NCBI GenBank assembly: GCA_017686895.1
Contig: GCA_017686895.1_4521.1
Source: a phage
Direction: 5' to 3' (one strand)
Length of the DNA stretch: 64,000 nt
Made by a program: the position numbers and the translations under genes. Below, piece after piece: positions 8,911-18,783 of this stretch. A model generated the notes under the pieces. The model ran no database searches. It saw nothing but the letters and a program-made list of their open reading frames with translations, and was not told the origin of the DNA. Within the stretch, counting starts at the first letter, position 1; the number at the start of each line of letters is the position of its first letter.

Positions 8911-9593
8911 AACTTAGCCGTGAAACCGTAAATATTCTGAAAAACTTCGCTTCTATTAACTCTGGCATTCTGCTGAGTCAAGGTAAATTTATTATGACTC
9001 GTGCAGTTAATGGCACCACTTATGCGGAAGCAAATATCTCTGATGAAATTGATTTTGACGTAGCACTTTATGATTTGAATAGCTTCTTAAGCATTTTGAG
9101 TCTAGTGTCTGACGATGCTGAAATTTCAATGCACACTGATGGTAATATTAAAATTGCAGACACACGTTCCACAGTTTATTGGCCTGCCGCTGACAAGAGC
9201 ACCATTGTTTTTCCTAATAAGCCAATTCAATTCCCAGTGGCTTCTGTGATTACTGAAATTAAAGCCGAAGACCTTCAACAATTGCTTCGAGTTTCACGTG
9301 GTCTTCAAATTGATACAATTGCTATTACAAATAAAGATGGTAAAATTGTTATCAATGGCTATAATAAAGTTGAAGATTCTGGACTAACTCGTCCTAAGTA
9401 TTCTTTGACTCTTACCGATTATGATGGTTCTAACAACTTTAACTTCGTAATCAATATGGCTAATATGAAAATCCAGCCAGGTAACTATAAAGTAATGTTG
9501 TGGGGAGCTGGTGATAAAGTTGCAGCCAAGTTTGAAAGCTCTCAAGTAAGTTATGTTATTGCAATGGAAGCCGATTCTACTCACGACTTCTAA
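8907..9593 (+). CDS. 45: sliding clamp gp45
   Basis: MKLSRETVNILKNFASINSGILL matches T4 gp45 as recalled; 228 aa. Confidence 0.93.
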   Translation: MKLSRETVNILKNFASINSGILLSQGKFIMTRAVNGTTYAEANISDEIDFDVALYDLNSFLSILSLVSDDAEISMHTDGNIKIADTRSTVYWPAADKSTIVFPNKPIQFPVASVITEIKAEDLQQLLRVSRGLQIDTIAITNKDGKIVINGYNKVEDSGLTRPKYSLTLTDYDGSNNFNFVINMANMKIQPGNYKVMLWGAGDKVAAKFESSQVSYVIAMEADSTHDF

Positions 9594-9625
9594 GTCAAAG
9601 CTTTACGTTTAATGTAGTACGATTA

Positions 9626-9643
9626 TGGAGGAGAAATCCTCCA
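9626..9643 (+). other. RNA hairpin with GAAA tetraloop between genes 45 and 44
   Basis: ggagga-gaaa-tcctcc; no T-run. Confidence 0.35.
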
Positions 9644-9668
9644 GATTAATGATAATGAGGAAAATTAC

Positions 9669-10631
9669 ATGATTACTATCAATTCCAAAGAACACATTCT
9701 AGAACAGAAATATCGTCCTTCTTCCATTGACGAATGTATTCTGCCTGCGTATGACCATGAAACATTCAAGTCTTTAGTATCTAAAGGAAAACTTCCTCAT
9801 ATTATTTTGCACTCTCCTTCTCCTGGTACCGGTAAAACAACCGTAGCAAAAGCATTATGTAATGATATCAATGCCGAAATGATGTTCGTCAACGGCTCTG
9901 ATTGTAAGATTGATTTTGTGCGTGGTCCGTTAACTGCATTCGCTCGTTCAGTCTCAATGGAAGGCAAGCCTAAAGTTATTGTTATTGATGAATTCGACCG
10001 TAGTGGTCTCGCCGAATCACAACGTCACCTTCGTACGTTTATGGAAGAATTCTCTAGTAACTGCTCTATTGTTATTACTGCTAACAACATCGATGGAATT
10101 ATTGAACCATTACGTAGTCGTTGTCGAGTTATCGAATTCGGACGTCCAACCGAAGAAGATAAAATCTCGATGATGAAGAAAATGATTCATCGTATGGTTG
10201 AAATCTGTAAGAACGAAAATATCGAAATCGCTGATATGAAAGTTGTTGCAGCTCTGGTTAAAAAGAACTTCCCGGACTTTCGTCGCACAATCGGCCAATT
10301 AGACCAGTACTCGTCTAAAGGTGTTCTTGATGCAGGTATTCTGTCTATCGTAACTAATGATCGTGGCACAGTCTCTGATGTTATTGAAGCAATGAAGAAC
10401 AAAGATATCAAACAACTTCGTGCATTAGCTCCAAAATATGCTGCAGATTATTCATGGTTCATCGATAAATTAGTTTCAGAATGTTACGACCAAGTTGCAC
10501 CTGGTAAAAGTATTATTTCGCTTTACGAAATTGCAGGCGAAAATAATAAGTTTCATGGACTAGCAAGTAATATTGAATTACATGTTATGTATATGCTTCT
10601 TCAACTGACCTGTGAACTGACTTGGAAATAA
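9669..10631 (+). CDS. 44: clamp loader large subunit gp44
   Basis: Walker [11 protein letters not shown]; matches T4 gp44 as recalled. Confidence 0.92.
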   Translation: MITINSKEHILEQKYRPSSIDECILPAYDHETFKSLVSKGKLPHIILHSPSPGTGKTTVAKALCNDINAEMMFVNGSDCKIDFVRGPLTAFARSVSMEGKPKVIVIDEFDRSGLAESQRHLRTFMEEFSSNCSIVITANNIDGIIEPLRSRCRVIEFGRPTEEDKISMMKKMIHRMVEICKNENIEIADMKVVAALVKKNFPDFRRTIGQLDQYSSKGVLDAGILSIVTNDRGTVSDVIEAMKNKDIKQLRALAPKYAADYSWFIDKLVSECYDQVAPGKSIISLYEIAGENNKFHGLASNIELHVMYMLLQLTCELTWK

Positions 10632-10632
10632 T

Positions 10633-11196
10633 ATGAACTTATTCGATGATGACGTCCAGCTTAACGAGCACCAAATTGCATGGAAGTCTAATGACGCTGA
10701 TGCGATTCAAAAATGTGCTGATATGTTTAAAGAAAAACCTGAGAATGAATTCTTTAAAATCATTAATGCTATTAATGAAAAGAAATCTATGTCAATTGCT
10801 CAGGTCGACTACTCAAAATTTATGGTTGAGAACTCATTATCCCAGTTTCCAGAATGTATGCCAGCTGTTTACATGATGAACTTAGTCGGTTCTGAATTAA
10901 GCGATGAAGCGCACTTCAACTATATGATGGCGGCAATTCCGCGTGGTCGTCGATTCTCTAAATGGGCTAAACTAGTCGAAGACACTTCAGAGTTACTAGT
11001 TATCAAACTGTTGATGAAACATTACACAATCAACATGAATGACGCCACTGAGTATAAGCGGCTCCTTGAAAAAAATAACAAGTTGCCAATAGTCCTTAAA
11101 GAACTGAAGGCCATGGTCACTGATGAATTTCTCAAAGAAGTTACCAAAAACGTGAAAGAACAAAAACAATTTAAAAAATTAGCATTGGAATGGTAA
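10633..11196 (+). CDS. 62: clamp loader small subunit gp62
   Basis: 187 aa; matches T4 gp62 as recalled; synteny 44-62-regA. Confidence 0.9.
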   Translation: MNLFDDDVQLNEHQIAWKSNDADAIQKCADMFKEKPENEFFKIINAINEKKSMSIAQVDYSKFMVENSLSQFPECMPAVYMMNLVGSELSDEAHFNYMMAAIPRGRRFSKWAKLVEDTSELLVIKLLMKHYTINMNDATEYKRLLEKNNKLPIVLKELKAMVTDEFLKEVTKNVKEQKQFKKLALEW

Positions 11197-11198
11197 AA

Positions 11199-11567
11199 AT
11201 GATTGAAATTAAATTGAAGAACCCCGAAGATTTTCTGAAAGTCAAAGAGACTTTGACCCGTATGGGCATCGCTAATAACAAGGATAAAGTCCTTTACCAG
11301 TCTTGTCATATCCTCCAAAAGCAAGGTAAATATTACATCGTCCACTTTAAAGAAATGCTGCGTATGGACGGACGTCAGGTTGATATTGATGGTGAAGACT
11401 ATCAGCGACGTGATTCGATTGCTCAGTTGCTTGAAGACTGGGGCTTGATTGTTATTGAAGACTCTGCTCGTGAAGATCTATTTAGCCTGACTAATAACTT
11501 CCGAGTTATCTCTTTTAAACAGAAAGATGACTGGACTTTGAAAGCAAAATATACAATTGGTAATTAA
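11199..11567 (+). CDS. regA: translational repressor RegA
   Basis: MIEIKLKNPEDFLKVKETLTRMGIANNKDKVLYQSCHILQK matches T4 RegA as recalled. Confidence 0.88.
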   Translation: MIEIKLKNPEDFLKVKETLTRMGIANNKDKVLYQSCHILQKQGKYYIVHFKEMLRMDGRQVDIDGEDYQRRDSIAQLLEDWGLIVIEDSAREDLFSLTNNFRVISFKQKDDWTLKAKYTIGN

Positions 11568-11573
11568 AGCAAT

Positions 11574-11587
11574 GGGACTTCGGTCCC
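11574..11587 (+). other. RNA hairpin (UUCG loop) between regA and gene 43
   Basis: gggac-ttcg-gtccc; no T-run, abuts TATAAT at 11596. Confidence 0.35.
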
Positions 11588-11648
11588 ATTTGGAGTATAA
11601 TGAGTTCATCAACAAACAAAAGACAATAACTCGTCTAAAGGAAATTAA

Positions 11649-14360
11649 ATGAAAGAATTTTACTTAACGGTTGAACAGATTGGTGATTCAATTTTTGAAC
11701 GTTACATCGATTCTAATGGCCGTGAACGTACTCGTGAAGTAGAATATAAACCATCACTGTTTGCTCATTGTCCAGAAAGTCAGGCTACGAAATATTTCGA
11801 TATCTACGGTAAGCCGTGTACTCGTAAGTTGTTCGCTAATATGCGTGATGCCTCCCAATGGATTAAACGCATGGAAGATATCGGACTTGAAGCACTTGGC
11901 ATGGACGATTTCAAATTGGCGTATTTGTCTGACACTTATAACTATGAAATCAAATACGACCATACAAAAATTCGTGTGGCTAACTTCGACATCGAAGTAA
12001 CATCTCCGGATGGGTTCCCTGAGCCGTCACAAGCAAAACATCCAATTGATGCTATCACCCATTATGACTCAATTGATGACAGGTTCTACGTATTTGATCT
12101 ATTGAATTCTCCATATGGTAATGTAGAAGAATGGTCTATTGAAATCGCTGCTAAGCTTCAAGAACAAGGTGGTGATGAAGTTCCATCTGAAATTATCGAT
12201 AAAATCATTTATATGCCATTCGATAATGAAAAAGAATTGTTGATGGAATATCTCAACTTCTGGCAACAGAAAACTCCTGTCATTTTGACTGGATGGAACG
12301 TTGAGTCATTTGATATTCCATATGTGTATAACCGAATCAAGAATATTTTTGGCGAATCTACTGCGAAACGTTTATCACCACATCGTAAAACTCGTGTTAA
12401 AGTTATCGAAAACATGTATGGTTCTCGTGAAATCATTACATTGTTCGGTATCTCTGTTCTTGATTATATCGACCTTTACAAAAAATTCTCTTTCACAAAC
12501 CAACCGTCGTATTCTCTGGATTACATTTCAGAATTTGAATTGAATGTCGGTAAACTGAAATATGACGGTCCTATTTCTAAACTTCGTGAAAGTAATCACC
12601 AACGATATATTTCTTATAACATTATCGACGTGTATCGTGTATTGCAAATTGATGCTAAACGCCAGTTCATCAACTTGAGTTTGGACATGGGTTATTATGC
12701 TAAGATACAGATTCAATCTGTGTTTAGCCCAATTAAAACATGGGATGCTATTATTTTTAATAGCCTTAAAGAGCAGAACAAGGTGATTCCACAAGGTCGT
12801 TCTCACCCGGTTCAACCTTATCCTGGCGCTTTTGTTAAGGAACCTATTCCAAATCGATACAAATATGTAATGAGTTTCGACCTTACATCTCTGTATCCAA
12901 GTATTATTCGCCAAGTGAATATTAGCCCAGAAACAATAGCAGGAACGTTTAAAGTAGCTCCATTGCATGATTATATTAACGCAATCGCTGAACGTCCTTC
13001 AGATGTGTACAGTTGCTCTCCTAACGGCATGATGTATTATAAAGACCGTGACGGTGTAGTTCCAACCGAAATCACCAAGGTCTTTAATCAACGTAAAGAA
13101 CATAAAGGTTATATGCTTGCTGCTCAACGTAACGGTGAAATAATTAAAGAGGCATTGCATAATCCTAATCTTTCTGTTGATGAACCATTAGATGTTGATT
13201 ATCGTTTCGACTTCACTGACGAGATTAAAGAAAAGATTAAAAAGTTGTCTGCTAAATCTCTTAATGAAATGTTGTTTAGAGCTCAACGTACTGAAGTTGC
13301 AGGTATGACTGCCCAAATTAACCGTAAATTGCTCATCAACTCGCTTTATGGTGCACTTGGCAACGTTTGGTTCCGTTATTACGATTTGCGTAATGCTACT
13401 GCAATCACAACATTTGGTCAAATGGCTTTACAATGGATTGAACGTAAAGTTAATGAATATCTGAATGAAGTTTGTGGTACAGAAGGTGAAGCTTTCGTTC
13501 TTTATGGTGATACAGACTCTATTTACGTATCTGCTGATAAAATTATCGATAAGGTTGGTGAATCTAAATTCCGTGATACCAACCATTGGGTAGACTTCTT
13601 AGATAAGTTCGCACGTGAACGTATGGAACCAGCTATTGATAAAGGTTTCCGTGAAATGTGTGAATACATGAACAATAAACAACACTTAATGTTCATGGAC
13701 CGAGAAGCTATCGCTGGTCCTCCGCTTGGTTCTAAAGGTATTGGTGGATTCTGGACTGGTAAGAAACGTTATGCATTAAACGTGTGGGATATGGAAGGAA
13801 CTAGATACGCTGAGCCTAAACTCAAAATCATGGGTCTAGAGACTCAGAAATCTTCGACCCCTAAAGCAGTACAGAAAGCTCTTAAAGAATGTATTCGTCG
13901 TATGCTTCAAGAAGGTGAAGAATCATTACAAGAATATTTTAAAGAGTTTGAAAAAGAATTCCGTCAATTGAATTATATTAGCATCGCGTCGGTATCTTCT
14001 GCGAATAACATTGCTAAATATGATGTAGGTGGATTCCCTGGTCCTAAATGTCCGTTCCATATTCGTGGAATTCTGACATATAACCGAGCTATCAAAGGTA
14101 ATATTGATGCTCCACAAGTTGTAGAAGGTGAAAAAGTATATGTTCTGCCTTTACGTGAAGGAAACCCATTCGGTGATAAATGTATCGCATGGCCTTCTGG
14201 TACTGAAATCACAGATTTAATTAAAGACGACGTACTTCATTGGATGGACTACACTGTTCTCCTTGAGAAGACATTTATTAAACCACTTGAAGGATTCACA
14301 TCAGCAGCGAAACTCGATTACGAGAAGAAAGCATCTCTGTTCGATATGTTCGATTTTTGA
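11649..14360 (+). CDS. 43: DNA polymerase gp43 (family B)
   Basis: MKEFYLTVEQIGDSIFERYIDSNGRERTREVEY matches T4 gp43; exo motif FDIE and pol motif YGDTDS present; 903 aa, uninterrupted. Confidence 0.95.
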   Translation: MKEFYLTVEQIGDSIFERYIDSNGRERTREVEYKPSLFAHCPESQATKYFDIYGKPCTRKLFANMRDASQWIKRMEDIGLEALGMDDFKLAYLSDTYNYEIKYDHTKIRVANFDIEVTSPDGFPEPSQAKHPIDAITHYDSIDDRFYVFDLLNSPYGNVEEWSIEIAAKLQEQGGDEVPSEIIDKIIYMPFDNEKELLMEYLNFWQQKTPVILTGWNVESFDIPYVYNRIKNIFGESTAKRLSPHRKTRVKVIENMYGSREIITLFGISVLDYIDLYKKFSFTNQPSYSLDYISEFELNVGKLKYDGPISKLRESNHQRYISYNIIDVYRVLQIDAKRQFINLSLDMGYYAKIQIQSVFSPIKTWDAIIFNSLKEQNKVIPQGRSHPVQPYPGAFVKEPIPNRYKYVMSFDLTSLYPSIIRQVNISPETIAGTFKVAPLHDYINAIAERPSDVYSCSPNGMMYYKDRDGVVPTEITKVFNQRKEHKGYMLAAQRNGEIIKEALHNPNLSVDEPLDVDYRFDFTDEIKEKIKKLSAKSLNEMLFRAQRTEVAGMTAQINRKLLINSLYGALGNVWFRYYDLRNATAITTFGQMALQWIERKVNEYLNEVCGTEGEAFVLYGDTDSIYVSADKIIDKVGESKFRDTNHWVDFLDKFARERMEPAIDKGFREMCEYMNNKQHLMFMDREAIAGPPLGSKGIGGFWTGKKRYALNVWDMEGTRYAEPKLKIMGLETQKSSTPKAVQKALKECIRRMLQEGEESLQEYFKEFEKEFRQLNYISIASVSSANNIAKYDVGGFPGPKCPFHIRGILTYNRAIKGNIDAPQVVEGEKVYVLPLREGNPFGDKCIAWPSGTEITDLIKDDVLHWMDYTVLLEKTFIKPLEGFTSAAKLDYEKKASLFDMFDF

Positions 14361-14400
14361 TATAATACCATGGACGGTAAACTAATTAAATGAGAGAAAT

Positions 14401-15036
14401 ATGAAAACTACACCAATCACTATCGCTATTGACGCAATCGTAAAACAAGCTTCTTCTTTGGCTACTATGGCCAAAGTAATTAGTCAAAACCCTGCTCGTT
14501 ATAATGCTATTCTAGAAACTCTTCGACGCCCTGGACTGAGTAATTATGAAAGCCGAGTAATTATTACAGGTGTTGGTAAGAACGCTAATATCGCAACTAA
14601 AGCTTCCGAGACTTTTGCTTCACTAGGTATTCCTAGCATGTATTTGAACACCGGGCATTATTCTCATGGCGACGCAGGGTTTATTGCACCTAATGATGTA
14701 TTAGTTCACATCAGTCGTTCTGGTAAGACTGAAGAAATGATAGGTGTTGCTAAACATCTTCGTATGATTCGTCCTCAGGTTAAACAGATTCTGTTACATT
14801 GTAACCCTGACATTCCGCAAGAATACGAAGCTCTTTTTGATTATACGTTCTGTACAGGCATCGCGGTAGAGGTTGATGAGAATTCTCTGGCTCCGACCAT
14901 GTCCACTACATTGTTGTTAGCGCTTATCGATACGTTTGCTATCAACCTTTCGTCTGAACGTGGATTTACCTCTAATGACTTCCTTAAGTTCCACCCTGGT
15001 GGTGCACTAGGTGCCATGTTACGAGGCGAACAATGA
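14401..15036 (+). CDS. SIS-domain sugar-phosphate isomerase, arabinose-5-phosphate isomerase (KdsD/GutQ)-like
   Basis: Motifs ETFASLGIP, HGDAGF, ISRSGKT resemble KdsD SIS domain; no CBS domains. Confidence 0.7.
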   Translation: MKTTPITIAIDAIVKQASSLATMAKVISQNPARYNAILETLRRPGLSNYESRVIITGVGKNANIATKASETFASLGIPSMYLNTGHYSHGDAGFIAPNDVLVHISRSGKTEEMIGVAKHLRMIRPQVKQILLHCNPDIPQEYEALFDYTFCTGIAVEVDENSLAPTMSTTLLLALIDTFAINLSSERGFTSNDFLKFHPGGALGAMLRGEQ

Positions 15037-15176
15037 AAGCAATAACAATAGGACTTTTACTATTGATGCTTGTCATGACTATCTACTGGAGCTTAACGGC
15101 TCCAGTAATGATTCCGACTCTTATAATCGGATGGATTATGATTGGACTACAAACAAAGTATGAATGCTTTAACTAG
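15033..15176 (+). CDS. small hydrophobic membrane peptide
   Basis: 47-aa ORF hand-translated (MKAITIGLLLLMLVMTIYW...); ATGA overlap with upstream stop; below track cut-off. Confidence 0.25.
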   Translation: MKAITIGLLLLMLVMTIYWSLTAPVMIPTLIIGWIMIGLQTKYECFN

Positions 15177-15217
15177 AATAGTGTACAATACACCTACTTA
15201 CCAATGAGGACCACAAC

Positions 15218-16903
15218 ATGAAAAAAGCTGTTATTCTTGGTGCTGGACTGGCAACTCGTTTGTATCCAATAACGCACCATATTCCTAAGGTGCTTGTTAA
15301 CTATAAACAAGACACTATTCTGAGCAATTTGTATACAATTTATTCTGACCTTGGTGCAGATGAAATTATTGTAGTAGTTCATTCAAAATTTGTTGAAACT
15401 GTTCGAGCTTATTGTGAGCAAGAAGGGTTCAATGTGACTATTCGTACAGTTGATGAAGCGTATGGTTCTGCTTATGCTCTTGCTAAATTATACAAAGATT
15501 TAGATGGCCATAACGTAATTGTTAACTGGTGTGATATTATTCCTGATTTTGGTTCATGGTCTTGGAATGTTAACGCAATCTATGTTAAGGGTGATGAATG
15601 TCGATATAATTTCGATGGTGAAAATATCACTAACGTAGGTTCAACAGGCGGTAATGTTGTAGGAATTTATCAGTTCAAAGACTGGGAATTCTATATGGGT
15701 TCTACTGATGAGGAAATTCATGAATACTGCAAAGGGCGTGATTTCGTAGAATTCCTTTACGGCAGTGCATTCAATAAATCAGAGCTTATGAATCTAATTG
15801 ATTTAGGTGATATGCCTAAACTTGAAAAAGCTCATGAAGTTCGTGAACTTAATCGTAGTTTTAATGCAGTTGAAATTGGTGAAGAAACTGTAACTAAATT
15901 CGCATTAACCGAACAGGGACGAGCTCTTCAGAAAGATGAGATTTCGTGGTATCTTAAAGTGAAATCAGATTCAGTTCCTCAGTTAGTTTCTGTTAATGAA
16001 AATAACTTTGAAATGGAACGCATTAAAGGTAAGCCAGCATTTGAATATATTAAATCCAAATCAAGTCTTGCTCGTCCACAAATTGTTGATGCAATTTTAG
16101 ATGCACTGAAATTCAGCACAGACACTTATTTTGTAAGTCCTGAAACTGTTCGTCGTGATTTCACTAAAGAATTCTATACGAAAGTTATTGATCGTTGTGA
16201 AAGCATTCAACCATTGATTGATTCATTTGGTAAAATCACACATGTGAACTACACTAAGATTGGACGTCTGAAGCCAATGCTGAAACAAGCTTTAGAACAC
16301 CTTATTCGTTATCATAACCGTTCTCAGGGACAGTACTCTGTTATTCATGGTGACCCGAACTTCAGTAATACTATGATTACTGATAACGGCGAAGTCAAGT
16401 TTATCGACCCTCGTGGATATTTTGGCGAAACCAAGATTTACGGGCCAAAATTGTACGATGAAGCTAAAGTGCTTTATGCTGTTTCAGGTTATGATGAATT
16501 CAATGCTAATCCGACCTGGGGACAGTTTACTATTGATGAAACAACTTGTAATGTGACTATTAACATCAATCCATTAATTTACAAATATGGAAAGATGAGT
16601 TCGTTTAACGAGTATCATCATTTGGCGGTGGCAATTATCTGGATTGCATTAGGTGGTTATTTCAAGAATAATCCACTTAAAGCGGTAGCCGCATATTATA
16701 AAGGTATGGAACTTCTGACTAAGCAATTACGCAACATGGGCCGTGTACTTCAAGACGGCTCTATTAGTTATGACGTAGCAGAACCTGTAACGGCTACTCT
16801 GATTACAAAAAATCCTGGTAAATGGGTACTAACTGATAAAGAAACTGGTGTTTCCTATCGTCCAATCGGTGGCGATATCACTCATCAATGGGAACGAATC
16901 TAA
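15218..16903 (+). CDS. bifunctional sugar-1-phosphate nucleotidyltransferase / anomeric sugar kinase-like protein
   Basis: N-term AVILGAGLATRL...PK nucleotidyltransferase signature; C-term HGDPNFSN...IDPRG resembles APH/choline-kinase catalytic loop. Confidence 0.65.
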   Translation: MKKAVILGAGLATRLYPITHHIPKVLVNYKQDTILSNLYTIYSDLGADEIIVVVHSKFVETVRAYCEQEGFNVTIRTVDEAYGSAYALAKLYKDLDGHNVIVNWCDIIPDFGSWSWNVNAIYVKGDECRYNFDGENITNVGSTGGNVVGIYQFKDWEFYMGSTDEEIHEYCKGRDFVEFLYGSAFNKSELMNLIDLGDMPKLEKAHEVRELNRSFNAVEIGEETVTKFALTEQGRALQKDEISWYLKVKSDSVPQLVSVNENNFEMERIKGKPAFEYIKSKSSLARPQIVDAILDALKFSTDTYFVSPETVRRDFTKEFYTKVIDRCESIQPLIDSFGKITHVNYTKIGRLKPMLKQALEHLIRYHNRSQGQYSVIHGDPNFSNTMITDNGEVKFIDPRGYFGETKIYGPKLYDEAKVLYAVSGYDEFNANPTWGQFTIDETTCNVTININPLIYKYGKMSSFNEYHHLAVAIIWIALGGYFKNNPLKAVAAYYKGMELLTKQLRNMGRVLQDGSISYDVAEPVTATLITKNPGKWVLTDKETGVSYRPIGGDITHQWERI

Positions 16904-17289
16904 TGCACCGTGTAGAAAACATGCTTAATCTTTGTTTTGATGTCGATGATTGTATAACAGAGTGGAATAACAATCGTGATTACGTGAACTTCAAACCAGA
17001 CGTCGAAATGGTGTCTGCCATTAATGCCCTGTATGATGCAGGGCATACCATAACGCTTTACACTGCTCGTGGTATGAAGTCAGTAGGTCCTGGTCGTATA
17101 GCAATTGACATTCTCCCAAGTCTGATTCAGAACTTGGCAAACATTGGCTTGAAGTACCATAATTTGCTAACACATAAACCAGTATATGATTGGATTATCG
17201 ACGACAAAGCTATGCGTCCTGACGAATTCAAAGCTCTTATGAATAAAGGCGAATTCGAAACATTTAAATCATATAAACCGAATCTATAA
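16903..17289 (+). CDS. HAD-superfamily phosphatase-like protein
   Basis: FDVDDCIT (DxD motif I), LYTARG, WIIDDK; start taken at ATG overlapping upstream stop. Confidence 0.45.
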   Translation: MHRVENMLNLCFDVDDCITEWNNNRDYVNFKPDVEMVSAINALYDAGHTITLYTARGMKSVGPGRIAIDILPSLIQNLANIGLKYHNLLTHKPVYDWIIDDKAMRPDEFKALMNKGEFETFKSYKPNL

Positions 17290-17335
17290 TAATTTAAGTA
17301 AGACCTGCAAAAACCATCGCATCAATTAACGCGAG

Positions 17336-18505
17336 ATGCAAAAAATGAATACTTTTAAAATCGGAACGAATTTTGATTTAGCTCTTCTTGATAAAATCGT
17401 AGAGCTCAATAAAACCTATCCTAATAGCTTGATAAACGAAGTATATGGCTCTACAAGAGAAATGGCTTTTGTAGCAGCCAGACCTGATTTTAGGCTTCCT
17501 GACGTTGACAAAAAGATGTTAGAAGATTACGTTAAACGTTGTAACGAATTAGGTATTTGCTTTAACTATACACTCAACACGATAAATCCTGGTTCAAAAA
17601 GAGAACTAGTTGAGTGGAAGAAGAAAGCTATTCAGGATTATGTTCAGTATCTTTGGTCAATAGGCGTATGGCGTATTACTATCGCTAACCCTGTTGTTAT
17701 GGAAATTGTTCGTGAAGTCAATAAAGATATTGAGATTGAAGTTTCAACAATTCTACATGTCGATGCGGTAACTCAAATCAAATACTTACATGACCAATAT
17801 AACATCAAAAAGGTCTGTTGCGGAATTCATAAGAACCGTTCAGTTTCTTTCCTGAAGCGTGCAGCAGAGTTTTGCAATAAGAACAATATAATATTTGAAG
17901 TTCTTGTAAATGAGTTCTGTTCTAATGCTGGTAAAGGGTATACAACACATTGTAGTTATCGTGACTCTTGCTATATTTTCCATAGTACTGATGTTACAGC
18001 TGATGATGCTAAATCCTTAAATGGATATCCAATGCAACACTGCATTAAAGCTCGTGATACAGACCCATTTAACTGGTTGAGAACTCGTTTTGTTCGTCCT
18101 CAAGATTTGAAACTTTATAATGATATTGGTATCACTCAATTCAAAGTTTCAGGACGTACAGGTAGCACAGACTACATTTTGAAAGTTCTTGAAGCATACG
18201 CTTCTGAAAAGTTTGAAGGTAATTTGTTAGAACTGTGGAAGCCTTTAGAGACTATTTTCACTCTTGAAAATGAGACTGAGTTTTCACATACAGTAAATAT
18301 TGAAACCTCTTTGTTAGATGGCTTTTTAGAAAAAAGGTGGTTCAGACATCCAGATTTTGATTGTGCTAATGAAATCTGTGGGTCAACGTGTACATATTGT
18401 GAAAGGTATTATAAACGTCAATTATCTAAAAACGGGTTAGCAGAAAACTCCATATCTATTATTGATATAACTAACTCTGATGACGCTTTGAGGTACCCGG
18501 AATGA
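17336..18505 (+). CDS. peptidase-U32-family-like Fe-S protein
   Basis: N-terminal layout and Cys-rich EFCSNAGKGYTTHCSYRDSC segment resemble U32 family; C-terminal CxxxCxxC cluster. Confidence 0.5.
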   Translation: MQKMNTFKIGTNFDLALLDKIVELNKTYPNSLINEVYGSTREMAFVAARPDFRLPDVDKKMLEDYVKRCNELGICFNYTLNTINPGSKRELVEWKKKAIQDYVQYLWSIGVWRITIANPVVMEIVREVNKDIEIEVSTILHVDAVTQIKYLHDQYNIKKVCCGIHKNRSVSFLKRAAEFCNKNNIIFEVLVNEFCSNAGKGYTTHCSYRDSCYIFHSTDVTADDAKSLNGYPMQHCIKARDTDPFNWLRTRFVRPQDLKLYNDIGITQFKVSGRTGSTDYILKVLEAYASEKFEGNLLELWKPLETIFTLENETEFSHTVNIETSLLDGFLEKRWFRHPDFDCANEICGSTCTYCERYYKRQLSKNGLAENSISIIDITNSDDALRYPE

Positions 18506-18741
18506 TTTCTAGAAAAAGTTTTAATTATAAACTTAACGAAGAGATTTTGACTATGAAACTGAACACTAACGAACAAATTCTTAAAAAGGCCCTTATGGGC
18601 CTGTTTGAAACCAAAGCGGCTAAAGTGATTAAAGAACCTGTTCAATTGGAATACTACACTGATGCATTCCTTCATAGTGTTCTTGGAAGTATAGATTCTG
18701 AAGCTTTACGTTATATCAACATTGTCAAGAAATTCAAATAA
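18502..18741 (+). CDS. hypothetical protein
   Basis: 79-aa ORF, ATGA overlap. Confidence 0.3.
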   Translation: MISRKSFNYKLNEEILTMKLNTNEQILKKALMGLFETKAAKVIKEPVQLEYYTDAFLHSVLGSIDSEALRYINIVKKFK

Positions 18742-18764
18742 GCTTTATGAATTGAGTATATAAT
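18741..18764 (+). promoter_or_regulatory. middle-promoter-like element upstream of 42-like gene
   Basis: aGCTTTA box, 11-nt spacer, TATAAT. Confidence 0.35.
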
Positions 18765-18783
18765 AAATTGTATTGAGGTAAAT

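Noticed and set aside
12528-12968. 146-aa antisense ORF inside the DNA polymerase gene, plus other short ORFs overlapping gene 43
   Set aside because: Embedded in a highly conserved gene; no independent signals.
11649-14360. Intein or group I intron in DNA polymerase
   Set aside because: ORF length (903 aa) and continuous similarity to T4 gp43 leave no room for an insertion.
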